NCBI GenBank assembly: GCA_964304625.1
Contig: OZ199839.1
Span: 6,762,234-6,826,233, forward strand
Direction of reading: 5' to 3'
Source of the DNA: Kudoa neothunni
Taxonomy: Eukaryota; Animalia; Cnidaria
DNA: 64,000 nt
Under the pieces are notes generated by a model. It was not told the origin of the DNA, did not search any database, and saw only the letters and a program-made list of their open reading frames with translations. Positions 1 to 14,017 of the stretch are shown here, in pieces. Every line of letters starts with the position of its first letter. Within the stretch, counting starts at the first letter, position 1. The position numbers and the translations under genes are program-made.

Positions 1-1529
1 AGATTGAACATTTGCAAACTTATTACTAACTGATAAAAATTAAAAATATCCAATGAACAATTAACGACTTTGAATTCGTTAAAATTAGAAAGAAATAATA
101 ATTTTTTTGTTCTGAATTTAAGTACATAATGTAATTTTTTGTGATAAAAACAAAAATGAAAAATGTTTTAAAAAAGAAGTGGATTAACATGACGAATTGT
201 AGGAAACGACTTTATTTCCGATTTTGTATGCAACACCGCCCAAAGTTTGTACACAGATATTGTAGTACTGTAGTTTAGTTGATATTTTAAAAGAAATAAG
301 GTAGTTTATTCCAAATAATAATGCACTGCAGAATTTTGATGAGACAATTTCTCCTAACATTGATTACAATAACCCACTGTGAACGAATCACACAATCTTG
401 TTAATACATTGATTTAATCTCTTTGAAATAGGGGATAATCCATATACCATCGAAATTTCGAATGCCTAGTCACAACGTATTTTCACAATGAAAAATTGAA
501 ATAATTAAATAAATTTATTTTCGTGGGGTTTCTCATAGCCGCGTACGGTGAGAGAATGTTTTAACTCAGCATAAATGCAAACAGATACAAATTAATGTCA
601 AATATAATTATTTATTTGTTATTTCCCCATTAAAATCTAACAGAAATATTAAGTTAATATTATGCAAAGTTATAAATCTCTCACTAAGAAAATCTCAGAA
701 AAATATAAGCTTCATAAGAGAAATTTTTTTATATTTTCATCAATTATATGCAGTATTTCACGATCAAGTTGCAACCATGTTAATTAAAGTGCAGAAAACT
801 ATAAACTGGATAAAATTATAAAAAAAAATTATTGAATAATCTAATTTTTTATTTATTTTTTTGCAGAAAAACTAAAATATAAGATTTCGAATGCTAAATA
901 TAACATTGACAATTAGCTTCAGACCTACTTCTAGGCTCAAATCAATGCGTTTCCAGTAAATCATTTTGGGGTTTTGTTGCCTATATTTTTACTTCAGATT
1001 TTAACCGGCTGACAACATCTCCAATTAAATTGAGTATCGAGGGGATAAGATGGCAGTAGCATCATGTTTCCTCGTAAATAAGGCCTAGCAATATTTTTAG
1101 TGGGAATTTTAAATAAGAACTGGAATTGTTTCAGAGTATCTTGGTATTGATTATTCGACAGGATCTTGATTATAACTATAATGAATAATTAAGTTTTTTT
1201 AAGTTCGAAATTGAAAGTTATTTTTATTGTTGAAAAATAAAACACATTATTTGGAAAAAAATATATTTTTAAATAATATCAAAAATTTTAATGTTCTCAG
1301 TAATCTCTCGTTATTTTTCTCTTTACCGTAGGAGTATATCGTGCTTATAAATAATTTCATAGACATCGATAACGTTTTGCTGTAAAAACTCAATATACAT
1401 TACTTTTTAGATAGTTGTATAAGAGTACAATCCTTTTGATTTTTCCAGAAATTTAAGACATACTTCGAAAACAAAACCTAGTAGCTATTTACTTTACTGT
1501 GTAAAATTAATATAAGATCGGGTCTTATA

Positions 1530-1770
1530 TTCCGGGAAACGTAGTAGTAACCTGAGCCTGCTATTCCGCACGATGTTCCTCACATCGTTAGTTTTATGGA
1601 AAGCTACATTATCCATAATTAATAAATACTTTTGTTGTTTTAATTAGATACCATGAATTTTTTTTATCAATTAATACGAAACGCTTTTTAACATGACAAA
1701 GCAAAATTATATTATACTAATGCTTGATAAAAAATTGAGGGTTATATAATAAGGCCTATTGGACACTTAA
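1530..1770 (-). mobile_element. IS630/Tc1-mariner (DDE_3-type) transposase remnant, degraded
   Basis: Minus-strand translation near 1530-1620 reads ...YLLIMDNVAFHKTNDVRNIVRNSRLRLLLRFPEY, matching the 'MDN(V/A)xFHK...LLFLPPY' motif of IS630/Tc1 DDE transposases. Surrounding frames contain stops. No TIRs found. Confidence 0.55.
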
Positions 1771-1969
1771 TTGAGCTGAATTGAATGTACAATAAAAAGA
1801 GAATAATCTCAATGTAATTAATCCATTTTACCCAATATATATATCAAATTCTTGAACCCACAATAATTTATTTATAACTAAGGATCGTACTTTTCGACAT
1901 TTTTCTTAGTTGATTCCGCAGTGTACGTGCGTGTACATTAAAACATTTAAATTAAAAAAATTTGGAACA

Positions 1970-2340
1970 AACTCCTCACGGAAAACTTTTCTTACCAAAC
2001 ACCGATAGCGGAAGAACGTGGAGAGTCATAACACAAACCGAATTTTCTCAATTTCGCCATTTTGAAATCTCTGAAAAAATAACTGGCAGTGAAATGTCTT
2101 CAAACGTTTTTTAACGAAGCATGTTTCTTTGGCTTTATTCGCTTGTAAAATCTTTTGTGTTGCAGAGATGATTTCACCTTGCAATATTTACAGTCTAATT
2201 CACTTTCCACCTTCTCTATATTGATCTATTCAACAAGAAAACTATCAATTTCTTCCTGGATATTATCCAGTTCAAGTTTTTCGGAAGATTTCGAATATTC
2301 CCCGAAAATAAACATCGAAACTCTTTTAAAAATTTGACGA
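1970..2340 (-). mobile_element. possible hAT transposase C-terminal remnant
   Basis: Minus strand gives a broken frame (ELDNIQEEID...FYKRIKPKKHASLK...FTASYF...FKMAKLRK) loosely resembling the hAT dimerisation region. Multiple stops and frameshifts. Confidence 0.3.
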
Positions 2341-3150
2341 TTAAAATCGAATACTACGATCACTATTAATAACTATAGGTACTGCATAATATTTGGAGTT
2401 TTTATAATGATGCAGGAAACTTAAACAATAAATTTTTACATGTATTTTGATATATCTAGGAAAAATAAATGAATATTTAGATTTATAAATCCTCTTCAGT
2501 GTATAAGTAGTTGATTTAATCGGCCAGATTACTAAGCTGTTTTCAATTAAATAAATAAATTTATTAGTTGGATGTATTGATAAATAATATTTTGATTGTT
2601 TATATTCAAAAATATAATAAAAAAAATTAGCTAGATTAAGATAAAATAAATCCTGACTAATTTCCGTGAAAAATTGTCTATATTAAAACTCATCGATTGA
2701 CTATCTTTAAAGGCATTAATTACCTTCAAAATAGTTAATTTTGCGATGAGATTATCAAGTACCTCTGAAATAGCCACAGACTTTAATTTACGCATATTAA
2801 TGTTAAAAAATTAAAATGATGATGTCATTAATTCATGATTTTAATAAATTATTAATAATTGAACAATTTTCTAAATTTCACTCAACTTATCAATTTTGTA
2901 GAATGATATATTATAAATTATGATATATAGTTTAATCCTCTGAATATTAAAAAGTTTCTTATTAATGGCACATAATAAACATAATTAATTCAATATTTTT
3001 ATAGAGATTAAACCCCTTAAAAATATTAACCTTATATTGGGGGTCAAATCTATTTATGAATTTTTTGGGTACTCATATACTATTATATATTGGATCGATT
3101 TTAGTGATAATCTATATATAAATTCTATTATTAAGATTCTAACTACAACA

Positions 3151-4478
3151 ATGTATTCCCGCAATGAAAATAGTCTCGCTCCATTATCTACCAGGTTTTA
3201 CGCGATCCCTAAATTTATTTGTCAACTAGTAGATAAATGGCGTATGGTAAGTGCCTTTTTGTCCTATAATTACAAAAAAACAACTTTCACTCTCACCTTA
3301 TTTCAAACTATTGTGTAGGGCCATAAAGATTTGAGTTACATCAACAAACAAATTCAAATACCAAAAGAGACGATTACTCGTGTGATTGAGTATCTGGGCA
3401 GCAATGAACGAAACCTATTATTAGATGATGTTCTGCTGAATCACACCTATTGTGCTGTCGAATACACAAAAAACACAAATGGCGATTTTACCTCTCGAGC
3501 AGTGAGCTTGGCTTCTCTAGATATTACAAGCCGAAAAAATGACATTTCAGCTTTTCTCAACTACCTCATTAAAAAATGTCTCAATTTGAGTTTAACAAAT
3601 GCGGTCCATATTATCTACTACAATACTGGTCTTAATATTTCTTTGGTCGAGTTATGGGAAATGCACAAAAATATATATTTGAATATGCATTACGAAATGT
3701 ACCATAGTGATATCGTTGAAAAACCTCAACCAAACAGTCTATTGTATACTGGAATAAAGTTGAAATACTCTTTATGTTGAGTGTGATTTAGTTTTCCGAA
3801 AGATACTATACACACACATCAAATGAAACATGGAATCGACACTAAGAAATTGATTGTCCTTAATATAGTACCATTCCAGCTTAGATACCGCCTGAAACGA
3901 GGTAAAATCAGTTGTTAATTGGATATATAATAATCATTTAAGATATGAACAAAACAATTAATTTAAACGTCGCTATGGAACATAACGTGGACAATAAGCT
4001 GTGGGAGGAAAAAGAGAAACATTACAATATTCTAATAATGTTCATTGGGGGTAAGTTGGTATCAGCTGATATTTGCATTGAAGAGAAACAGAGTTATTCG
4101 AGAATAATTGCTGCATTGGAGCTAGCCTTCCAACTAGTCGGGGAACAGCAACATTTAGTGGTTATGGGCCCAAACATACCTTGGCTGAATGAGGATATTT
4201 TTGATACTGACTTCAAAGTGGAATCTCCGTATATCGCGAATATTCACAGTACAATATACCCCAACCAGTTTGGATTCTACCAAAAACTCATCAGAGATAG
4301 AGGTCACGAAGAAATAGCTGGGATCCTTATGACTCTCCCATACATGACACCTATAGTTCAGTTTATGGATGGTATGAAGGATTTTATAGAATCCTCCGAT
4401 CTAAGTGTAGAAAGTGACATTGAAAACACTTTGATTACGTTCATTCAAATCGCACGTAATGAATTCAACGCAGAATAA
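3151..4478 (+). CDS. uncharacterised protein, paralog A (388 aa, 4 exons)
   Basis: Exons 3151-3246, 3319-3743, 3792-3901 and 3943-4478 join through GT-AG introns into one open frame. Exon 1-3 lengths (96/425/110) are identical to the paralog at 9597. Shared motif LVVMGPNIPWLxEDIF. Confidence 0.85.
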
Positions 4479-6076
4479 ACCGATATCATTTATCAGCAAC
4501 ACGCTCCATTATTTTGGTTCATAAATAAAATTAATCTAAAATTATTACGATTTATTTGGATTACAACAAATTACTGATTGTTTTTTCATATTTAATCCAT
4601 TTTTATAAATTTATCTTCTATTCAATTATTTGTAAATTTATTCGGTGCTAATTGACCCATTTTTCTAAATAGAGGGATAATTTAAAATTCTCAATGAAAT
4701 TCTATATTATGATTTTTAAATGATAAAAATTAAAGATTTTCATTTTTAGAAACACAGAATTATATTAACTTGAGAAATTAGAACAACAACTACTTTCGAT
4801 TCCAATAAATGTCTTAATTTAAAATATGGCAACGCGTTCATAGATTGTTATTGCTCATTTTGGGATATTTAAAAAAGATCAATTAATACTCAATTCCATA
4901 TAATTATTAAATTACGCAGGAATACAATAATCTAAGAAATATTTCACATCAATTTTTGGACTATTAATTAATGTAACTGCATCATTACATATATTGTTGG
5001 AAATTATAGAGAAAAGAATCTGTTATTATTTTATAAATATTGATTTTAATTGTTTTCTTACATTAATGGGAATACCAATTGAATAACTTTGCTGAGATTG
5101 ATCACTGTTAATCAGAATTTTTCGAAATTACATCGTATCACGGGTAATATACTTATCATCAATTATTAAATAATATTACACTCTCACCGATATATTTATC
5201 AAGAGATATTAGTTTGAAATAAAATCACGTTTATCTATCATTAATATTTTAAAAAAATCATTATCAGCATTTAATATTTAGAGTCATATTAAAAATGTAA
5301 AAATATTTTTGATTTTGTCAAAAATTGATATTCTTCCTTTGAAAAATTAATTCCGTATATTTATTATCTAATTTTTACAATAAATAAGAGTAAATATTAG
5401 ATTAAACTAATCCAATTGTGAATGCGTCGAAAACAAGTTATCATAATAGTTTTGGATTGATATATAGAACTGACACTTAAAGTTTAAAACATATCAATTA
5501 CTCAGATTTAAATAAAAAATTATTTTCTCAGATTCAGATATATTACTCCGAATTTATAGAAACAAGAGAACAAATAGAGTTTCAATAAATGAAATAGTAA
5601 TGACATACAACGAAAAATACTTAATAAATACCTACACCAAACCATTCTTGAATGTATTAAATTGTAGCAATGATTCATAATTGATTCTAGAATATAAATC
5701 TTCGTTCTCATCAAGGGCTAAAAATATTTAAATATTTGTAGTATTCCATTATTAGGAATTTAAATTGGTTATTTCGCGTATTCCTTTAAAGCAACAGTTA
5801 TCTATTTGTCGACGATCTAACGAGGACAATATGTCAAGCTATAGGAATGGAAATCATGGTGTCATAGAATCGAAATCATCCAATCCCGCAATAGAAATTG
5901 TGGTTAGGATAGACATTAATTATTCTACTTAAATAATCTGCTTTTGCAGTTATAGATTTTTAGTACATTATTATGATTCATTTGAGTTATAAAACGGTCC
6001 ATTTAAAAGGATTGGAGTAGACTCTTAAAACGACAAGGATATATTAAATAACAAAAATCTTGCAAAAGACACAGAG

Positions 6077-6149
6077 CCAACGATCTCAAAAGTCAAACGA
6101 GGAAATTTTTGGAATGTTGATTTCCTCGTTTGACTTTTGAGATCGTTGG
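6077..6149. repeat. perfect 30-bp inverted repeat with 13-nt loop
   Basis: CCAACGATCTCAAAAGTCAAACGAGGAAAT (6077-6106) and its exact reverse complement (6120-6149). Confidence 0.9.
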
Positions 6150-6299
6150 ATCAACTCCCACAGTTCAGCTGAAGAATGGATCGAGAGGTCACACATATCA
6201 TTTCACGCAACAAGTTAAGAATGTTAATTGAGCCAGCCAGAATTCACCACTCTAATAAACCACATTAAATGTTTTACCGTGGAGATATTAAAAACAAAA

Positions 6300-6555
6300 T
6301 ACAGTAGTGATCGGTTTTATTTAAACCATCGGGACAGGAAAAAAAGTGTGCAAAATTGGTCACGCTAGTTTATGCACGTTCTGCACGCGTATCGCCAAAA
6401 ATAATTCAACTATATATTAAATCACATAATGAAAGCACAGTCGCTAACCGGGTTTGAGTTAACCCTTCGGGGTCGTGGAAAAAGATGTGTGAAATTGGTA
6501 ACGGCTAGTTGTACACACTTATTAGCGCGTACATATTATAATATACGTAGCTATG
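6300..6555. repeat. two adjacent diverged copies of a ~110-bp dispersed repeat (third copy at ~32800-32910)
   Basis: Shared core 'cggtt..t(t)aaacc..ggg..ggaaaa..gtgtg.aaattggt.ac.gctagtt...gcgcgta' at ~6305-6395 and ~6440-6555, also recognisable at 32803-32910. Confidence 0.5.
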
Positions 6556-7416
6556 TAAAATAATTGAATCGCATAAATTTAAGAAACAAATAATTGTTTT
6601 CATTTAGAAATAAAATAATTAGTTGTCTTGATCACAAACAAATTAATCAAAATATTTTTAAATATAGCTTTCATCATTACGATCATGATCGATCGATCCT
6701 TTTTATCAAACTTGAATAACTTCTCAAACTTATTTTAATAAATTCTCAAATGAAAACAATAAGCAGTTTTCTTGTTGTTGTTCAAGGTACTATAGGGGTT
6801 GGATATGAATGATATGTCTGGTGCTTTATAATAACAAATTTGGCTGCTTTTGAGGAAATATTGTGAACGTATTTTATTATTTCATGTTTCGATTTGAATT
6901 TTTGCATTTCATTTAATTCTTTCGAACATTAAACAAAATTCAACAATTTTTTTCAAAAACGTTCCAAAAAAAGCGCGTAAAACCGAGCAGTCACGTGATC
7001 GACGAACTGAAAATTTCTTGATCTTATTGTTATTTGGTGCGAAATTCTATAATAAAAACTGTATATATATTGATTAATGGATTACAATTTTTTCAGAAAG
7101 TATCGGAAATAAAATTTTTAGGTCAAAAAAATTATTTATTGAACATGCGATATCGAAAAAAGTGGAGTTAATATTTAAATAATTTAAGTATTCGTGTTAC
7201 AAATCCATTAATTTCAAGTTCAAAAATGACCCCTCACAATATCAAACTAAAGACTTTTTCATCTATATCTAAGATAAAAAGGTAAAACCTACTTTTGAGT
7301 TCATCCTCGTGCATAATATTGTTGTTATTGAACTCTAATTATTAAAATAAAAAGATAAATTTCAAAGAGTGGCTTAATTTAAAATAAGGATAACCAGTGA
7401 TAAAAATTATATTTAA

Positions 7417-9368
7417 TCTATCTAAATATAAAGTTCTTATGTCTGTCAGTGTGGGTGTTTGCAGCAGTACGCGTGTGTCAAGGAGAAACTTTTTTTAAAT
7501 ACAGCTTTTAGTTTGCACTTGAATAGATTATAACATTAATATAAATCGTTCATTTACTTAGAAGTATAAATAGATTCAATAATGCAGTCAAAAGTAAGAT
7601 ATTTTCCGGTTTTTTACTGTCATAGCAGATAAAAAGTACCTGTATAGTATTTAATAGTTGTTTGCTTCAGGGTGATACTCAATTATAATGAAATTTTTAC
7701 TCATTATATGGAAAAAGAGTCTCTTAATTATGGTGTAGAATGTTCTAAAAATTTTATTTACGTCGTGTGGAGTAATCTTATGACAAATAAAGTTATTAAC
7801 GTCACATTTACAAGGGTTGTTGCATTCCCCTTAAAATTTTAAGCATAAAAAAGTTATTTAGGATGTACTTTCACTTTTCAGGTATTAAAGATATAGTTAA
7901 GCGAAAACGATTATGATTATTTTAAATAAAACACATAATTTGAGATTATAAGTTGTTGCCATGTTAGAATAATTTAGGTCTCTATATGCATTTTAAAAAC
8001 GATGTAAGATGTTTGTAGAGTTTTCAAATAATTAAATTTTTGTGATAACTTCTTAAATGAAAATTATGTTCCATTGGAATTCCTGAGATGTGAACATTTC
8101 TTTTTATAAAAAATATCGATTTAGATTGAAACTATATTCGTCTTTTTGATAAGTTTTTACTCATTTTTTTGGTTTTCCTAAACTTTCTTGCAAAACAGCT
8201 GGCATCACTAATTCAATAAGTTTCTATATTTGACGGGACAATTTTTTAAATAATGTTTAAATTATTGGTAACCTAATTATTCCTTACCCTCAGACCTTAA
8301 GGTTAATATTCAAATCAATATATAATTTTTTTCCGCTAAAAATAATTCATTATGATGTAAAAGCTGCATGAAAATATGCGACACCGCGTTCTATACGTAG
8401 TTTAAGAATTTATATTCATGATTAATTTTACAAACAACACAATTTCCTCTCAATATTATTACGTGCCATGTAAATTAATAAGAAGTTATGGGTCTATTCG
8501 ATCTAACCGATATTTTCACAAAGTTTTCGTTAATCTAAGAATAGTTCAATACAAATGTATTTATGGGGGAAATCAAACAATACATCTATTTTTAAACGGA
8601 TTGACTCCTTCGAGAAAGCCAGTTGATATTTAAGCATTACTGGAATATTTCGAACTCAAAACACCTTTACATTTTACATTTTAGATTTAATTATATTTTG
8701 ATATTTAAATTTGTATATTTCTGAACCAGTAAATATTTTTATTAAAAAAAGGTTTTATTTATTTAATAATCGGGAAATTATGTTAAAATAATAAATATGC
8801 AAGTTACCATTCACAGATTAATAAAATCTCATTAACATTATTTGAAAAATCGTAAAAAATGAGTAACAATTAATATTATTATTTTTAACGCATCTTAGGT
8901 TGATTTTGTTTTTTTATCGTTTGTAGACTAATAATAAATTTTATAACTAGAAGGATTAATTTTTATCGTAAGATTTTGAAAAAAAACTGAAAGTCCTATT
9001 TAAGTTACTTAAAGATTTTGTTTAATAAATAAATGAATTTTAATCGTTAATTAAATTGCTAATAAAATTAAGGTGATTATATTTTTGCTCAATAATTTGT
9101 AAATTTAAACTTAAAAATACTCATTAATTTCTCTCAATACCTCTATTTATATTTGAATTGAAAATACTTGCATAATTTTGTTTTTCGAAATCATCACATT
9201 GCAGAAATAATGACAAGTTTTAAAACGCATCAATTGAAAAAGAAAAAGAAAATTTATGGGGTTTAAAGTATTAATTTGATTAAATCTTCCTTAGAATTTC
9301 TTCATTCAATAATAAAAGTTAAAATTTTCCATCACATAATACACGGCAAAGCTTGGCATTAGCACTAG
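7417..9368 (+). mobile_element. putative non-autonomous Helitron
   Basis: Starts A|TCTATCTAAATATAAAG...TGTCTGTCAGTGTG (Helitron-like 5' TC end). Ends CACGGCAAAGCTTGGCATTAGCACTAG|T (degenerate GC hairpin plus CTAG). Inserted between A and T with no TSD. That both ends belong to one element is inferred. Confidence 0.5.
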
Positions 9369-9596
9369 TTTTAGATAAATTCGAATAAAAATGTAAATAT
9401 TTTAGATATATAAAATACATATAATATTGTTCTGTAAATTAAGCCTCCAAAAAATAAATTTAATATCGTAGGATCAGACTTTTTGAATTATTCGTTTGTG
9501 TACTAATATATCAATTCATATTGAATCGGTCTTAGTAGTTCAGTAATAAGTTGATCGTATAAAATCCTGCTCGATACTTGAGAGATATCTGTCAAA

Positions 9597-10970
9597 ATGA
9601 GTAACCACAATAGGACCAATTTCACGAGATATACTACAGTGATTTCAGAGGTTCCTCAGTTTATTTGGAAGTTAATATTGCAATGGTGTTATGTAATTTG
9701 TCTTGTGTTTTATTAATTGGATTCGAAGTCAATTTAAATCGCACTCAATTAAAAAACTGTTCTAGAGTTATAAAGATTCAAAATACATCATCGAACAACT
9801 TCACTTACCGGAAGCCACTATCTTACGTGTGATGGAATATCTTCTAAGCAAGAATAGAAATCCAGATACAGATGATTATTTCATGGAAAGAACATACACT
9901 GCTTTCAAGCAGGTGAAAAGATCAAACAACTTTACCAGTTATATGATGCTGAGTATGGCGTCATTGGATCCGAAGAGTCAAGAAAACGATATTGAATTTT
10001 TTTTCCATTACCTCACTCAAAAAGATCTCACTTTAGGTTTAATTAACGCGTCCAAAATTATCAATTTCAACACTGGGCTTGATATTCCTTTATCTCAGTT
10101 ATGGAATATACACAAAAAAATATATTTGAATATGTCATACGAAATGTATCGAGGCAAAATGAATAATAAACTTCAACCAAACTATCTATTGTACGCTTGA
10201 ATATAATCGAATTGTTGGATTGATTGAGTTTTAGTTTTCCTGATGACAGCTTACATAGAAAACATATGAAATATGGAATTGATTTTAAAGAAGTGATTAT
10301 TCTTAATGTGGTTCCAGTTAAAATCAGATATCATCTCAAAAAAAGTAAATTAACTAGGATTATTGAGGTATATATACACAATTTAGAAATCGATCCAACC
10401 ATTTTGTTTACAGTGACTAATGACGACACCTTATCTCCCCTCATACGAACGACCAAAGAAAAAAATTTCAATGTTCTTTTGGTAATCGCTGAAAATAAAT
10501 TATCAATAGCTAAAGTGGTCCCTCCTGAGTTAATGAACTATAAGACAACGCTAGATGCGTTGGAAGCAGAATTGCTTCGAGCTGGCACTAACAAACGTTT
10601 AGTGGTTATGGGCCCAAATATTCCTTGGTTAGATGAGGATATTTTTGAAAAGGACAATCTATTAAAATTTCTATTGAATGAATCATTCTCTAGTAAACTA
10701 GACCCCAACTACATTGGATTGTTTCAAAAAACTATCAGAAGTAAAGCACACGAAGAGATATCTGGAACCATCCTAACTATCCCATACATGTCGCCCGTAG
10801 TTCGGTGTATGAACTATCTGAAACAATTCACCGAAGATTTAAATATTCATAATGAGCCAGTAATTGATACAATTATAAAAATGTTCTTGGAAAATTTACC
10901 TCACACGGACAGAGGTGAATTATCTGATAATTTTTTCGATTCGCCAATGGGGTATGGTCTCCGAAAGTAG
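9597..10970 (+). CDS. uncharacterised protein, paralog B (404 aa, 4 exons)
   Basis: Exons 9597-9692, 9766-10190, 10235-10344 and 10387-10970. Same intron positions and phases as 3151-4478, and clear protein similarity (SxASLD, IYLNMxYEMY, LVVMGPNIPWL, HEEIxGxxxTxPYMxP). Confidence 0.85.
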
Positions 10971-13384
10971 AGTAAACTGATATAATTTTACTCTGATTTA
11001 TTTTGAACAATCGTATTATCTATCACTATTATCTCTATATTTTTAATATTATATTTAAAACTATTTGTTATTTTTCTAGTAACTTTAATAATGAAAGAAT
11101 TTAAGTTAATAACATTTTCATATCTTATGGGAAAAAATTATTTGAAAAATATTAGTTCGTTATTATTTCGATTACAATTATATTTATTTTTTCAATTTTT
11201 ATTAAATTCCATTTAATCGTTTTGAATATTGTAAGAATTATAAATTTTATTCAATCAATAAAAAACCAAATTAAAATAATGAATATTATGTATTTAAACT
11301 GCGATTGTACACTAAACAACTGAAAGGATTTTTCCCCTTTATTTATACGATACACTTTCGGTCTGTTAAATCCTTTCTGGCTCAACAATAATTATACACT
11401 AGTAGAGACATGTTGAAAGATATTTACCCACAAAATTCTGAGTAATTAATTTGAGTTACCAAAGAGATTATAATAATTTTAAGAATATTATATTGTGTCC
11501 TATAACTATAATGGTGTTATACTTTGACGAGGGATAAATTTTCTTATCATATTACAAAAATTACTATGAATTATTATTTTTGATAATCCAATCTATTCTA
11601 ATCTAATTAAAATACGTCTAGTATTGTACTGAAATTAGCTCTAATCTTTCCAATTGGATTGCCTAAATTAAAATAATTGAAAATCTCCGTCTAATCAAAA
11701 TATATCTACTAATGATTTGAATTTTTATATCAAAAATTAAAACTTTGACCGAGACCCAAGATTGCTCTCCTTCTTGGATCTACGAATAATATGAAAATGC
11801 AACGTATTAACTCTTAGAATCATTTATTTTATACATAAGTTTCTTACACTCTTTCACTCAATAATAATAAATAATTATAACAATAATAATAATTGCACGA
11901 AATGAAATTATTCTCTATTATATTTTTGTTGAGTATCAAAGCTTGCCCTTTATCCAATCTTGACAACGGCAAAAATAATAATTGAAATTCATAATATAAT
12001 TTTAAATAATCAAATAAAACGAAAGTAAATGTTTTAATTTTAATAATAAAAGATAATGGTTTTCACCAATTTTAATATTTGTCCATATATGAGGAGAGAT
12101 GTTATTTAAATATTTAACTTAACAAATTGTTAATGGTTACTTTGTAAATAGATTTAAATTAACTACAAATATTAATTAATCATAAAAATCCGGAAAAATA
12201 TAACACAATTGAATAAGGTTTAAATAAGATTTAAAATATTAATCCGAAGAGAAATTTCTCGTTAAGAATTTTAAACAATTATTTTTATAAATATTTATTC
12301 ATATTCGGCAATTACCATAACGAATACAGATGTATTTGATGCATAAAGCTATAAATTTCTTATTTTATTATATTTAAAGAATGCAATAAATACTTTACAA
12401 CCGCCATTTACTCTAATTAAAAATTACAAGTTTAGCTTCTACAATAAGATATTAATTGGGACAGAACTTAAAATGTAACCAAATTATATTTTTATTACGG
12501 CTCAAAATAGTTTCTTCCTAACAAATAAAACTCATCGATAATCAAACGTTTTTTATAATTTTGTTTAACTAATAATCTTTAAAAATTAATTTAACAAAAT
12601 ATAAATTAATCGCTTTTCACTCCCCGCACGCCCATGCAGACCTTAAAAAATAGCTTTAATTATTAACAACACGGCACGTTGTGTATTAAATGTAACTCAA
12701 ATAAAATTATCATCGATTTAATAAAGTTTCCAATTTATTGTTGCCACTATTGAAAAAATTCACCCAACGCATGCACACAACCGAAATCTTATTTAGTTAA
12801 TTTTTTGTATATTACATGAGAAATAATTCCCCAAAATATCTTCAATCCGTTTAAAATTTAGTTTTAATTTTTCTTAAAATAATCAACAGTTTCATAATTT
12901 AGGTAAATATAAACCAAACATAAGAATATATATTTTAGCCCAATCGTAACCACGTATCCAAGGAAAATTTGCCATAAAAGATGTTTATTTGTGTACAAAT
13001 CAAGTTATTAAATCACCTAATCGAATAGCATAATATTGAATATATATGAATTTAAACTCTTTGTTGTATTATTCATTCATATAAAAGCTTTTCGTACAAA
13101 TTTCCGATTAAATATGATGTTAATCTTATGTTTTGGTTGGATCAATCGTTCAATAGGTTTATATTATATTTATAATTTGAAGAAGTTTAAACACTGGATC
13201 AGTTTACTTCTACGAAATTACGTATTATTTAAAAACAAATATCGTAAAATTTAATTAGTTATTCATCCGATATTCGTTAACTAAGAATTTCATTGCTTCA
13301 CGATAATGAGTATAGTATGTAATCATCTTAATATGAATAGCATTGGTTTTAACTCAGTTTTTGTTAATCTGACGAGATTGATTA

Positions 13385-13874
13385 ATGATGAGCCACAAGT
13401 TTATCGTGTTATTGGTTATAACCTTTATTGGTAGTTTTTTTATTTATATTGTGGAAATACAATACAATTTTAGCTTCAATTCACAGCAATTCGATTTCAT
13501 CTCATAAGTCAAATTCATATGACACTACTAATGAATTAGCAACGAAATTGGTTGAAAAACTTCAAAAAAAATCATCCAACTCAAATTTCATATGCTTGCT
13601 ATGCTATGTATTAATATTTTTTTCCGATATGTGTCTATAAGTTTCAAGAAAGCTGACCAGTATGCAAAAGAAATTTGTAAAATCCCAGATCCAAAGCCTT
13701 ACGTCAATAATATCTGTCAAATCACAAATAATTTCAAAGATGAGGTTCCTCCTTAGCTAATTATTTCTAATTTATTTGATTTAGTGTGTAGAGTTGTTAA
13801 TGGATGCAATCGAACTTTATAAGCGGACCTTGATTGACATACCTAGTGCAGATGTGTGCAGACCATTTTGCTAG
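13385..13874 (+). CDS. secreted saposin-like protein (SAPLIP) 1
   Basis: Four exons. Hydrophobic signal peptide MMSHKFIVLLVITFI, then CLLC-Y|KADQYAKEICKIPDPKPYVNNICQITNNFKDE|CVELLMDAIELYKRTLIDIPSADVCRPFC*: saposin Cys spacing plus one extra Cys. Confidence 0.8.
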
Positions 13875-14017
13875 GTTGTTTCTGCCCGGACCGAAACATC
13901 ATATATTCGAAATAAAAAAACATTAAATTAATTATTCTTTAGTGAATTTTGTTCGGTCTTCAAACTATTTTTTAACTCATATTTTTTTTATGAAACGCAT
14001 TTAAAAATGATTATTAA

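Noticed and set aside
6150-6215. Short frame SAEEWIERSHISF resembling an LTR gag start
   Set aside because: Too short, with no pol or LTR support.
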